DNA from: Gammaproteobacteria bacterium
Lineage (GTDB): Bacteria; Pseudomonadota; Gammaproteobacteria; Enterobacterales; Alteromonadaceae
NCBI GenBank assembly: GCA_002401725.1
Contig: NVTW01000009.1
Span: 32,258-94,852 of the forward strand
DNA: 62,595 nucleotides
Reading direction: 5' to 3'
The translations under genes were made by a program, and so were the position numbers. A model generated the notes under the pieces. That model was not told the DNA's origin. It saw only the letters and a list, made by a program, of their open reading frames with translations, and did no database searches. Below are positions 55,301 through 62,595 of the stretch, in pieces. Position 1 is the stretch's first letter, and every line of letters begins with the position of its first letter.

Positions 55301-57448
55301 ACTAGCGCTTGGACTAATGCTAAAGCAGACCTTGCGGTGACTAGCGACGGTAGCACTAAAGTGATCCGCGATATTGTTACTTTGTTTAATAACAGCGCTG
55401 GTTTTTCACAAACTAAATTTTGGGATGGCACAAATTGGCTCGCTATTGCACAAGTGGTTGACGGCAATTTACTTGTTGACGGCACCATTGGCGCAGCAAA
55501 ACTTTTAGTTGATGAAATATTCGCGCAAAACGTTACAGCTACTGGTGTTATTACAGGGGCAACATTACAAACTAAACTTTCTAATGCCAGTGGTGTTCGT
55601 GTTGTTATGCAAGATACCACTGAGCCATTTCAAGTGTGGAATGGAACAAGTTTGTTATTTGGTGTGGATGCAACTACCGCGACCTTTGGCGGAAATTTAG
55701 CTGACGGTATTATTAATAATACTAATATGTTTTCTCAAGATATTTTATCACTGTTAATGTCTAGTAGCACAGGTTCTACGGGGGGTGGTTCAGGTACCGG
55801 CGGAAGTACTTCAGTGGCGTTTGTAACCTTATCTGGTATAGCAGCAACTAATTCTACATTACAAATTCCTGCAATAAATACCACGCCTATTACTATTTCG
55901 GTAACTATTACTGATCAAGGATCTCGCGCTTCACCTGCGTATGTAGCGCCGCAGTGGAATGTGAAAGTACGTAGAGATTCAACCGCTGGAGTAATACTTC
56001 ATAATGTAACTTACACCGGCTCAGCGACAACCGAGGCAGACTTAAACAGAGAAGTATTCTTTTTAGACAAAAGTATTACGTTTCAAGATCCTTCGCCAAC
56101 GTCAGGAAAATATGTATTAACTGTTTCTAGGGTGGCAGGTAGTTATTTAATTCCCAAAATTAAGACTTACTCTATCGCACAAGCAGTAGTCGGTGGTGCT
56201 TATTCGTTACCTACAGCCGCAAGTAATCAATTAGGCGGCATTAAAGTAGGAGCCAATTTAAGTATTAGTAATGGCGTATTAAGTGCTAATAATCAAACAA
56301 CTACATCAATCGCTTGGAGTGGTATTACAGGGAGACCATCTACATTTAACCCAGCATTGACGGGTAATTTGCTTACGGCGGTTCCTTCAGGTGCGTTATT
56401 TACTGATACCAATACCAACACTACTTATACGGCAGGTCCTGGTTTAAATTTAATTGGCACTTCTTTTAGTGCTAATTTTGGAACTACTGTCAATACTATC
56501 GCGCAAGGTAATCATACTCATAGTGCCTCCTCGGTTGGCGCGCTTGCAGCGAGTGCCACCGCAGTAAATAGCGACAAAGTAGACGGTTATCATGCCAGTG
56601 CTTATAACGTATTTAATGGTAATTACTTAGTTACTCGTAATGTCAGCGGCTATATTTATTCCAATTATTTCAACATGACTGCGAATACCACAACTGCTGC
56701 TGCCACCAAAGTAGCTGTAGAAATAGGCGCGGATAAATTTTTACGCTGGCAAACACCTATTCAGTTTTTAGTTAATGCAGGGGTTTCGTTTACTGACACA
56801 ACCTATAGCGCTGGCACTGCTTTAACGTTAAGTGGCACTACATTTAGTGTGAATTTAGGTGCAGCTTCAAACCAAGCCGCTTATGGTAATCATAATCATG
56901 ATGCTACGTATGTTAAATTTTTGTCAGGAACATATCCGCAACTAGAGGCAGGAAGTACATGGATACGAACACCAACAAATGGTCTTTTGCCTGCTGCTAA
57001 TGGTGCATCATATTTAGGTACAAGTAGTTGGCGATTTATAGGTGTTTATGCAGGTGTAGGAAACTTTTCTGGAAATGTTACTTGTGCCGGGATTGTTAAT
57101 GCCGCTGATGAAGTAGCTACTTGTGATAGCCGCGTTAAAGAAAACCAAAAAGTAATTAAAGATGCTAGTGCTAAACGCCAAAAATTAACAGGTAAAACAT
57201 TTAATCGTACTGATTTAAATGGTCGTTTACATGCAGGCATTATCGCGCAAGACTTAGAAAATAACTTTGATGAAGCACTTCATTTTACTAAAGATGAAAA
57301 ACTAGGCAAAAAATATAACGTATCAACGCCAGCGATGATCGGTTTACTTGTTGAAGCAGCTAATGAAGATAGAAAACTGATTGACAGGCAACAACAACAG
57401 ATTAATGAATTAATTGAATTAGTAGGAAAGTTAGCTAATGGCAATTAA
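52355..57448 (+). CDS. host-specificity / central tail fibre protein (lambda J / GTA gp15-like) with collagen-like tract and C-terminal S74 intramolecular chaperone domain
   Basis: J-like N-terminal third. GIPGDPGQPGQNGTRG tract. C-terminal …DSRVKEN…LHAGIIAQDLE… endosialidase-chaperone pattern. ATG 52355 follows GGGAGG. Confidence 0.82.
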   Translation: MPPVVIAVVAGAAAIGAGVAIGTAIAIGLAAGALSSVMSIKIPSAPDVEDVTREQQLHTSAAAPRRGIYGETTVSGLIVGYGKANNKHHMVIEIAGHPCEALEIFEIEGKTPAEIGSKIKMTAYLGDQTAVHAPFKTTVHGWTNAHIGTKQTYVALEVDIDNELFPNGINKALFKVKGKRLYDPRLDSTVGGAGSHRANDETTWQWTENSELIAFDFARFGGFKAQPLRRFDLAHVAAQANICDELVTFKDKGVNKTEKRFTCNGSYNFNERTPQVLKKILSSMGGKAYRSGAVLKLQAAAFGGMSATTLTSNDAAGEIQYRPARPIRERTNFVRGVYVDPNLKYQPTDCTPQTSSLYVTQDNNVHLERDLQLHFTQSETMAQRLCKIDLERNRAGFVINFPAKSVGLECSPGKVITLNIPEDNIFNKAFLVEDWTYDNNSKITNLVLTEDAVALYSDSLVPTLKDLTPNLVMPDATAIAAPTGLSYENLPAGGSYQGLLKWNKNTDANVSGHTVNIYQGGASFMWVMFADDAVGTGITSNGIGKIYIGVAFNKQSSSASLIATDYTWVLADGNGILMPQSISGEARYLWLKFSIEPSTMAIVDAPNNQFIGYSIAQTVQAKSNNTNDYQWLLATNSISLAHDGLLVLSTETTSNQLTINNLNLGFHSFEVIAKNIFYQSAVSTLVAEVLTDRTIAEPTLSLAANKHIFFTDSAGTTTPSSIVITATHSDTTVLYDNIVWTLTPSIPFTNNKQTISIAASDFGADQVVKVSAVLAGLTGEFTLLGVKDGANGNNGLSAYEIWLSQGNTGTEADFIAYLNATDGVNGNTWHSVTSGAPAGTLGVLGDFALSAGRYVYEKTAAATWTYVKDLLGPQGNNGLSAYQIWLNQGNSGTEADFIAYLNATDGVNGNTWFSVTSGAPAGTLGVVGDFALSAGRYVYEKTAATTWTYVKDLLGPQGIPGDPGQPGQNGTRGSRWFYYAITTSAWTNAKADLAVTSDGSTKVIRDIVTLFNNSAGFSQTKFWDGTNWLAIAQVVDGNLLVDGTIGAAKLLVDEIFAQNVTATGVITGATLQTKLSNASGVRVVMQDTTEPFQVWNGTSLLFGVDATTATFGGNLADGIINNTNMFSQDILSLLMSSSTGSTGGGSGTGGSTSVAFVTLSGIAATNSTLQIPAINTTPITISVTITDQGSRASPAYVAPQWNVKVRRDSTAGVILHNVTYTGSATTEADLNREVFFLDKSITFQDPSPTSGKYVLTVSRVAGSYLIPKIKTYSIAQAVVGGAYSLPTAASNQLGGIKVGANLSISNGVLSANNQTTTSIAWSGITGRPSTFNPALTGNLLTAVPSGALFTDTNTNTTYTAGPGLNLIGTSFSANFGTTVNTIAQGNHTHSASSVGALAASATAVNSDKVDGYHASAYNVFNGNYLVTRNVSGYIYSNYFNMTANTTTAAATKVAVEIGADKFLRWQTPIQFLVNAGVSFTDTTYSAGTALTLSGTTFSVNLGAASNQAAYGNHNHDATYVKFLSGTYPQLEAGSTWIRTPTNGLLPAANGASYLGTSSWRFIGVYAGVGNFSGNVTCAGIVNAADEVATCDSRVKENQKVIKDASAKRQKLTGKTFNRTDLNGRLHAGIIAQDLENNFDEALHFTKDEKLGKKYNVSTPAMIGLLVEAANEDRKLIDRQQQQINELIELVGKLANGN
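54728..55225 (+). repeat. in-frame tandem duplication, 2 x 249 nt (83 aa), inside the fibre gene
   Basis: GNNGLSAY(E/Q)IWL(S/N)QGN…YVYEKTAA.TWTYVKDLLGPQ occurs twice (54728-54976 and 54977-55225) with few substitutions. Confidence 0.88.
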
Positions 57449-58712
57449 ATTTACATCAAGTGTTTCGTTATTCATTGACCCGATATTACCCAACCGGGTT
57501 AAAGCGACTAATGCGGGTACTTCTGCTATTCCTAATGTAGTTGTTCCTGTTAATGATGGTATGCGTATTACCAATAATACCGGTTCAACAATTACCTTAA
57601 CTAGCTTTAGCTCACTTCATTTTGCATCAACCAGTAATATTAATATTGCTAATGGTGCGAGTTATGATCTTTATATTAAATCAGGCGCTAGCCAAACAAC
57701 GGGGAGTTTTTTAATAACTTTAGCTGGTTATAATGCTAAAACTTATTATTACAGTGTTGTTTCTACTTCAGTTACTACGCCAAATGCTTTTAATCTTGGC
57801 GTTGATGTAACAGATGCAGTAGCAAGTGATTATTATTATTCAAATTTGATCACTATATCAGGTGGCTTAACGCAGGCCGTTAACGCAAATATTAGTGTGG
57901 CAGGTAATGGTAGTGCTGTTTTGCAAGTTGACGGTGGTAGCTGGTTAACAACAAGTAATTTAGTTAACGAAGGTAGCACCATTCAAGTTAGGGTAACAGC
58001 ATCGAGTTTTAACGGAGACACCACAACGATAACATTAAATGTGGGTTCTCCAGCGGTTAGTGATACTTTATTGGTTACGACAAAGGTAAACCCTGCAATG
58101 GGTACGTTGATCCGTTCACCACACTTTCTTCCTTTAGGACTACTTGAAGTGTGTGATTTTTTGGGTAATTTAGGAAATAATTTGTCGCCGCTATACAAGG
58201 GTGGTAGCTATGTACCAAATAATGGCAGCAACTCTAGCATATCAACAAGTCAAACCAACGTGTCATTAGCCGCGTTAGCCGGTGTTTATACTGAAATAAG
58301 CTTTGTAAAAGCACGAACTAAATTTTACTTTTATGATGAAAGCTTAGGTGGTAATGCTGCTATAACTTGGGCTAATGCAATAAACAGCACAATAGACCCT
58401 GACATTGTAATGGGCTATCACCTAGATTTAGGTGCAAAAATGCAATACTACGCGACGTTAACCGAGCAAGAAGGTAGCGGCGTATCACTAACTAGCGGCA
58501 GTAATAATCCATCAAGTTGGTTAAGCAGTAATCTTATATTCACGGTATCTCGCGCTGTTCCTTCTGGCACAGGCGTTTGGCGTGGATACGTGACGATATT
58601 CGCGCGACACAAAGATGTACCTGGAACCGTCATTTCAGCAAAACTTTTTTATACCATACGTAGCGTTGTTGGCGGTGTTGAAACCGTAGGCGAAGGCTAC
58701 AATATTCCATAA
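57438..58712 (+). CDS. hypothetical tail-fibre-region protein
   Basis: 424-aa Ser/Thr/Asn/Gly-rich ORF that overlaps the fibre gene stop. Confidence 0.5.
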   Translation: MAIKFTSSVSLFIDPILPNRVKATNAGTSAIPNVVVPVNDGMRITNNTGSTITLTSFSSLHFASTSNINIANGASYDLYIKSGASQTTGSFLITLAGYNAKTYYYSVVSTSVTTPNAFNLGVDVTDAVASDYYYSNLITISGGLTQAVNANISVAGNGSAVLQVDGGSWLTTSNLVNEGSTIQVRVTASSFNGDTTTITLNVGSPAVSDTLLVTTKVNPAMGTLIRSPHFLPLGLLEVCDFLGNLGNNLSPLYKGGSYVPNNGSNSSISTSQTNVSLAALAGVYTEISFVKARTKFYFYDESLGGNAAITWANAINSTIDPDIVMGYHLDLGAKMQYYATLTEQEGSGVSLTSGSNNPSSWLSSNLIFTVSRAVPSGTGVWRGYVTIFARHKDVPGTVISAKLFYTIRSVVGGVETVGEGYNIP

Positions 58713-58729
58713 AATTTAAGGACATACTT

Positions 58730-59077
58730 ATGTTTAGTAAAACTTTTACAGATCCACAAGGTGTTACGCATACCAATGCAGTATTTAAGGTTGCTAATGC
58801 TAATTATAACGTTAATACCGATGAAAATTTTCATTTTGACTTAGGCACTAATACACCAACGACATCAAATACTGGCAATAATAGCCTTAATTATCGGATG
58901 TACTATTGGCCGAACCAAGCGAGCTTAGATAATGGTAACTTACCGTATGTATTGGCCAATAGTAATTCAAATGAATTGGGGGAGATTCATTATGTAAATA
59001 ACTTAGATGCAACATACGATGCACTAACTGCTGAAGCTAAAGCAGAAAAACATTGTCAAGCGATTGTTTTAGTGTAG
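58730..59077 (+). CDS. hypothetical protein
   Basis: 115-aa ORF with GGA upstream. Confidence 0.45.
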   Translation: MFSKTFTDPQGVTHTNAVFKVANANYNVNTDENFHFDLGTNTPTTSNTGNNSLNYRMYYWPNQASLDNGNLPYVLANSNSNELGEIHYVNNLDATYDALTAEAKAEKHCQAIVLV

Positions 59078-59086
59078 TTGCACAAA

Positions 59087-59431
59087 ATGATTATTTCTTT
59101 ATTAAAAACACTTAGACAACTTATTGGCTATTTAGCAGTTGGCTCATTATTAAATACTAACGTGGGTTATTTAATTTTGTCAATGTTACCGTTTATAAAG
59201 GTTAACAAATATTGCTTTACCGTTTGGCTGTGGTTTGATGTGTTTATTTGTACTGTTTGCCATGGCACAAACGGACGTTCTATATCAGGTTGGACAGGGC
59301 AATGGCAAGGTTCAATTAAGCGTTATTACTATCAAGCGCTGTTAATTAATTGGATATTTGAAAAATTGGGTGATAAGCCAAATCACTGCCAGCGTGTTTA
59401 TTTTAATGAATTAAAAAAAGGTTATGTTTAA
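59087..59431 (+). CDS. hypothetical membrane protein
   Basis: Two hydrophobic helices. Cys/His-rich (CTVCHG…NHC). Confidence 0.4.
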   Translation: MIISLLKTLRQLIGYLAVGSLLNTNVGYLILSMLPFIKVNKYCFTVWLWFDVFICTVCHGTNGRSISGWTGQWQGSIKRYYYQALLINWIFEKLGDKPNHCQRVYFNELKKGYV

Positions 59432-60215
59432 AATGAATATTCAAGCGATTAAAAACTACATTTTAGATCCAGTAAATGCTAATAAAAACGATGCTGCTAT
59501 TCTTGCAGAATTGCAAGCGTTTCCGAACACATTAGGCGAAGTAACAGATCGTGAAGCGTTAAACTATGACGCTGATTATGGATTGCGCCGAAAACTACAA
59601 TATGCAATAGATAATGCGCCTAATGCTTTAGCAGATGGTTGTATTATCTTTTTAAATATTGTTATTAATGGGCGTTTACCGTCGGTTAATATCGCCGATA
59701 GTTCAACGCAAAATGTACTAAATGGATTAGTACAATATGGTACACAACTAGCTATTGCGGGTGTGTCTGCGGAAAACATCTACTCTCAAGCGGATAAAGA
59801 TGCGTTGGAAGTGTTAGCCATGAGCCCGTCAATTTACAATGGCGTGCAGTTGAGTGATATTGCTGTAGCTCGATTATCGGGTGTTCAACAAGCACATACA
59901 GTGACATATCCAATTGTTAATTTAAATTATTTACAGCGCAATGGTAATCAACCTATTCGTTGTTTTGTCTATTTAGATGTTGCGGCTATTACTGATACAA
60001 CAATACTCATTTATAAGCAAAGTTGTGCAAGCAATAAAGACCCGTTAGTTAACAGTAATTATTTAAACGACCAGCAACCCTTTGGTTATTTAACTATCAA
60101 AACAGGCGAGTTGGGCGGTGAATTTGTGATCACTAAACAAAGTGCACAATATCTTAAATTAATGAGCGAAGCAGATACAAAACAAGCTCATTCACTTACG
60201 CTTGAGTTTGCCTAA
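59424..60215 (+). CDS. hypothetical protein
   Basis: 263-aa ORF, overlap-coupled. Confidence 0.45.
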   Translation: MFKMNIQAIKNYILDPVNANKNDAAILAELQAFPNTLGEVTDREALNYDADYGLRRKLQYAIDNAPNALADGCIIFLNIVINGRLPSVNIADSSTQNVLNGLVQYGTQLAIAGVSAENIYSQADKDALEVLAMSPSIYNGVQLSDIAVARLSGVQQAHTVTYPIVNLNYLQRNGNQPIRCFVYLDVAAITDTTILIYKQSCASNKDPLVNSNYLNDQQPFGYLTIKTGELGGEFVITKQSAQYLKLMSEADTKQAHSLTLEFA

Positions 60216-61711
60216 TGCCCCAGTTAGTCACTTATGCTGATGCGCGTGTTTTAGCGCAAATTGATAACACTAATGCGTTAAGTCAGTATGTTAAAGCAGC
60301 AGTATTGCCAAATGCCGGTGCTGGCAATGTATTGACTGAATTGGTGACAGGTGTAAATTACACTTATCCAAATTTGATGACTTGGAATGCGGACGGTAGC
60401 GTTTCGCCAAATCAAAATAACGCAGCAGATTATATTACACTAGCAAGTTCATCAGGTTCAGTTAAAATGGTGACAGATGATGTTATTGTTATAATAGATG
60501 TCGATGCTATTGGTGCATTTGGTAGTGTAAGAACCTCCATATTCAATCTAAGTACATACGGAACAGGCATAAACGTAACTGGTGGCACGTGGGGACTAAA
60601 AGGCGCTGAAAGTTGGTTTCAACTTGCTTATAATAATGGTAGGGATGCTACAACAGCGCCAGGAAGAAATTTTATAATATTTCATTGGGATCATATAACA
60701 CAAGAAACAAGAGTTTATTCAAACGGAACATTAAATCATACTGATACAGTTGGCGCAATAAGCACTAATCAAACAATACTAGGACTCAGCGCAACACGGA
60801 TAGGATTAGGAAATTCAGGAAATAAGTTTTATAGTCAATCATTTCTAACAAAAACAGGCTCATTCACAGCAGCCGAAATAAACGAGATAGTTACTAATCC
60901 TTATCAAATTTTTAAAGTTGCGGGTGCTGTAACTCCGGTAGGCACATTAGCTGGTTCTGCTACTTTATCAATAACACTCAATGGTCAAACAACTGCTGTT
61001 ACATCTTCAGTAGGCAAGTTATCTTCTTCTGTCATAGCATCATCAGCAACAACTATTGCAGTAAATAAAAGTACGGGTAATGCAACATCATTAATAAATA
61101 GTAATGGCCAAATAGTATCAGTAGATAACTTAAACGGCGCATTAGCTTTACAAGTCGTTATACCTGGCAATGTATTAACACCTAAAACTATTGCTAACGC
61201 GGTACTTTCAGCTATATCAGCTTCAGGGTTGTTAAGCTCTTCAGGTTTAGTTAATGCTTCAATACTGACTTCAAACATTCAAGCATCAGCAACAACTATT
61301 GCAGTAAATAAAAGTACGGGTAATGCAACATCATTAATAAACAGTAATGGCCAAATAGTATCGGTAGATAACTTAAACGGTGCATTAGCATTACAAGTTG
61401 TTATACCAGGTCATGTATTAACGCCAAAGGCCATTGCGAGTGCAGTGCTTTCAGCTGTATCAGCATCAGGATTATTGAACTCTACGCAATTAACACAAGG
61501 CAGTAGTCAACTTAGTAGCTTAATATCAAAAGCTAGCACAACTCTTATAACCCCTACAAATTCATTACTAATTCTAGACCCGATAAGATTAGGTAAAACG
61601 ACAACAATAGATTATCAAAACATTAGTGTGCAACCGGGCTCGTTAATAGTCCAAGTGTTATTAAGTAACGAAATAATTGAAAATTTAAAAAGCAATCATA
61701 TAAATATTTAG
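60215..61711 (+). CDS. putative side-fibre/receptor-binding protein with internal duplication
   Basis: 498 aa with a lectin/LamG-like N-terminal half and a repeated Ser/Asn-rich C-terminal half. Confidence 0.5.
   Translation: MPQLVTYADARVLAQIDNTNALSQYVKAAVLPNAGAGNVLTELVTGVNYTYPNLMTWNADGSVSPNQNNAADYITLASSSGSVKMVTDDVIVIIDVDAIGAFGSVRTSIFNLSTYGTGINVTGGTWGLKGAESWFQLAYNNGRDATTAPGRNFIIFHWDHITQETRVYSNGTLNHTDTVGAISTNQTILGLSATRIGLGNSGNKFYSQSFLTKTGSFTAAEINEIVTNPYQIFKVAGAVTPVGTLAGSATLSITLNGQTTAVTSSVGKLSSSVIASSATTIAVNKSTGNATSLINSNGQIVSVDNLNGALALQVVIPGNVLTPKTIANAVLSAISASGLLSSSGLVNASILTSNIQASATTIAVNKSTGNATSLINSNGQIVSVDNLNGALALQVVIPGHVLTPKAIASAVLSAVSASGLLNSTQLTQGSSQLSSLISKASTTLITPTNSLLILDPIRLGKTTTIDYQNISVQPGSLIVQVLLSNEIIENLKSNHINI
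61041..61526 (+). repeat. in-frame tandem duplication, 2 x 243 nt (81 aa)
   Basis: SATTIAVNKSTGNATSLINSNGQIVSVDNLNGALALQVVIPG(N/H)VLTPK… occurs twice (starting at 61041 and 61284). Confidence 0.85.
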
Positions 61712-61720
61712 GAGATCAGC

Positions 61721-62146
61721 ATGATATTAGCAAACTCACAAAAAAATGCACAAGTACTAGCTATGGCAGTAGACATCGAAACTGGTGTAGCAAATCCAAA
61801 GCTTTCATTTTACAACGGCGCTATTCCAGCAACTATAGATGCAGTATTAGTCGCTGGAAACAAATTATTAATTGAATTTGATTTAGGTGCCAACGCCTTT
61901 GAAGATTCAGCTCGCGTTGGTCAAGATGGTAAGTTGTATTTAAATTCAGTACCTGACGTTAATGGTTTAGTAGCTGCAGGAACTGGAACAGCGCCAACTT
62001 TTGGCATAATGAAAGACGGTAATGGTAATAGAAAACAAATTTGGACGGCGGGTGTTATAGGAGCCGGAACAGAGTTTGAATTTGATTCAACCATAGTACA
62101 AAGTAAAGCCAAATCGTTAGGCAGCGTTTATATTCAAGCGCCGTAA
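61721..62146 (+). CDS. hypothetical protein
   Basis: 141-aa ORF with GGAG upstream. Confidence 0.45.
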   Translation: MILANSQKNAQVLAMAVDIETGVANPKLSFYNGAIPATIDAVLVAGNKLLIEFDLGANAFEDSARVGQDGKLYLNSVPDVNGLVAAGTGTAPTFGIMKDGNGNRKQIWTAGVIGAGTEFEFDSTIVQSKAKSLGSVYIQAP

Positions 62147-62154
62147 GGTTAATT

Positions 62155-62469
62155 ATGAATACTCAAGGCATTAAAGTTTCTGGTTATGAATGCAGGTTTT
62201 GGCAAAGAACTAAGCATCCAAATTCAGTTGATTGGTGGCATTGGACGCCTAAAGATTGGATTAATGGTGAAACGGTTATTAATAGTAGTGCTGTTGCTTC
62301 ACTTTCAAGCGGATTAAATGTAGATGCTAAATCGGTAGATATAAATGGAAAGCTTTCTATATTATTTAGTGGAGGAAATGAAGGAAAGCATATTATCGAT
62401 TTAACTATTGAAACATCAACTCGCAAATTATCAACATCAATCGGTTTGATTGTAACTGACAAGAAATAA
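62155..62469 (+). CDS. hypothetical protein (last gene of the rightward arm)
   Basis: 104-aa ORF followed by a terminator. Confidence 0.45.
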   Translation: MNTQGIKVSGYECRFWQRTKHPNSVDWWHWTPKDWINGETVINSSAVASLSSGLNVDAKSVDINGKLSILFSGGNEGKHIIDLTIETSTRKLSTSIGLIVTDKK

Positions 62470-62474
62470 AGACG

Positions 62475-62506
62475 AAAAAAAACGAAGCTTATGCTTCGTT
62501 TTTTAT
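62475..62506 (+). terminator. rho-independent terminator at the end of the late arm
   Basis: A-run, AACGAAGC-ttat-GCTTCGTT, T-run. Confidence 0.7.
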
Positions 62507-62595
62507 TTTAAATAAGAAATGGTGTTTCTTATTTGGAAAGCGAACATTATCGCAATTATCGTAACTTTAGCCGCGAATTTTCGCGAGCGGCATCA

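Larger units (their letters stand above)
20723..62595. mobile_element. Mu-like transposable prophage (siphovirus-type tail), ~41.9 kb, divergent two-arm organisation
   Basis: A full set is present: MuA/MuB/Gam/GemA/Mor/Ner, DUF3486-TerL-DUF935 portal-MuF, capsid, tail and lysis genes. Ends are proposed from TGAT…ATCA plus an ACGATAATTG motif at nt 34-43 from each end. Confidence 0.8.

Noticed and set aside
52355-61711. Diversity-generating retroelement acting on the repeated fibre segments
   Set aside because: There is no reverse transcriptase ORF and no template/variable repeat pair with adenine-specific differences. The repeats are simple adjacent in-frame duplications.

Overview
AT-rich gammaproteobacterial chromosome segment; marine Alteromonadales-like is my inference from gene content and composition only. 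(1) 1-12.2 kb is a conserved housekeeping block: AspC/TyrB-type aminotransferase, dodecin, gmk-rpoZ-spoT-ridA-trmH-recG, ubiE-ubiJ-ubiB. (2) 12.2-15.8 kb is a small accessory island. It holds an AbiEi / truncated AbiEii pair fused to what I read as the decayed left arm of a type I-F3-like CRISPR-associated Tn7 transposon (CAST). That arm comprises a 3' fragment of cas7f, a cas6f with a 5' frameshift, two orphan small ORFs, a 3-repeat/2-spacer mini-CRISPR array (28-nt repeats, 32-nt spacers, exact 60-nt period), a terminator, and a Tn7-like end with three TnsB-type repeats ending ...ACA. No tnsABC, tniQ or cas8/5 is in the window. (3) 15.9-20.7 kb carries a frameshifted methyl-accepting chemotaxis gene, a YhiN-type flavoprotein, a GT2 glycosyltransferase, a SpoU-type methyltransferase and tRNA-Tyr. 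(4) 20.7-62.6 kb is an apparently complete ~41.9-kb Mu-like transposable siphovirus prophage with two divergent arms. The leftward early arm encodes Ner, MuA- and MuB-like proteins, Gam, HU, GemA and Mor. The rightward arm encodes a CI-type repressor, lysis, DUF3486/terminase/portal/MuF, capsid, G/GT chaperones, tape measure, a J-like fibre and about 5 kb of unknown distal genes. The prophage also carries a visibly AT-richer 3-gene moron: a secreted protein, a 975-aa beta-propeller/Y_Y_Y transmembrane sensor with a degenerate kinase-like tail, and a DUF4156-type lipoprotein. The window ends exactly on the predicted right-end CA of the prophage. All protein family calls come from by-eye motif recognition and synteny; no database search was run.
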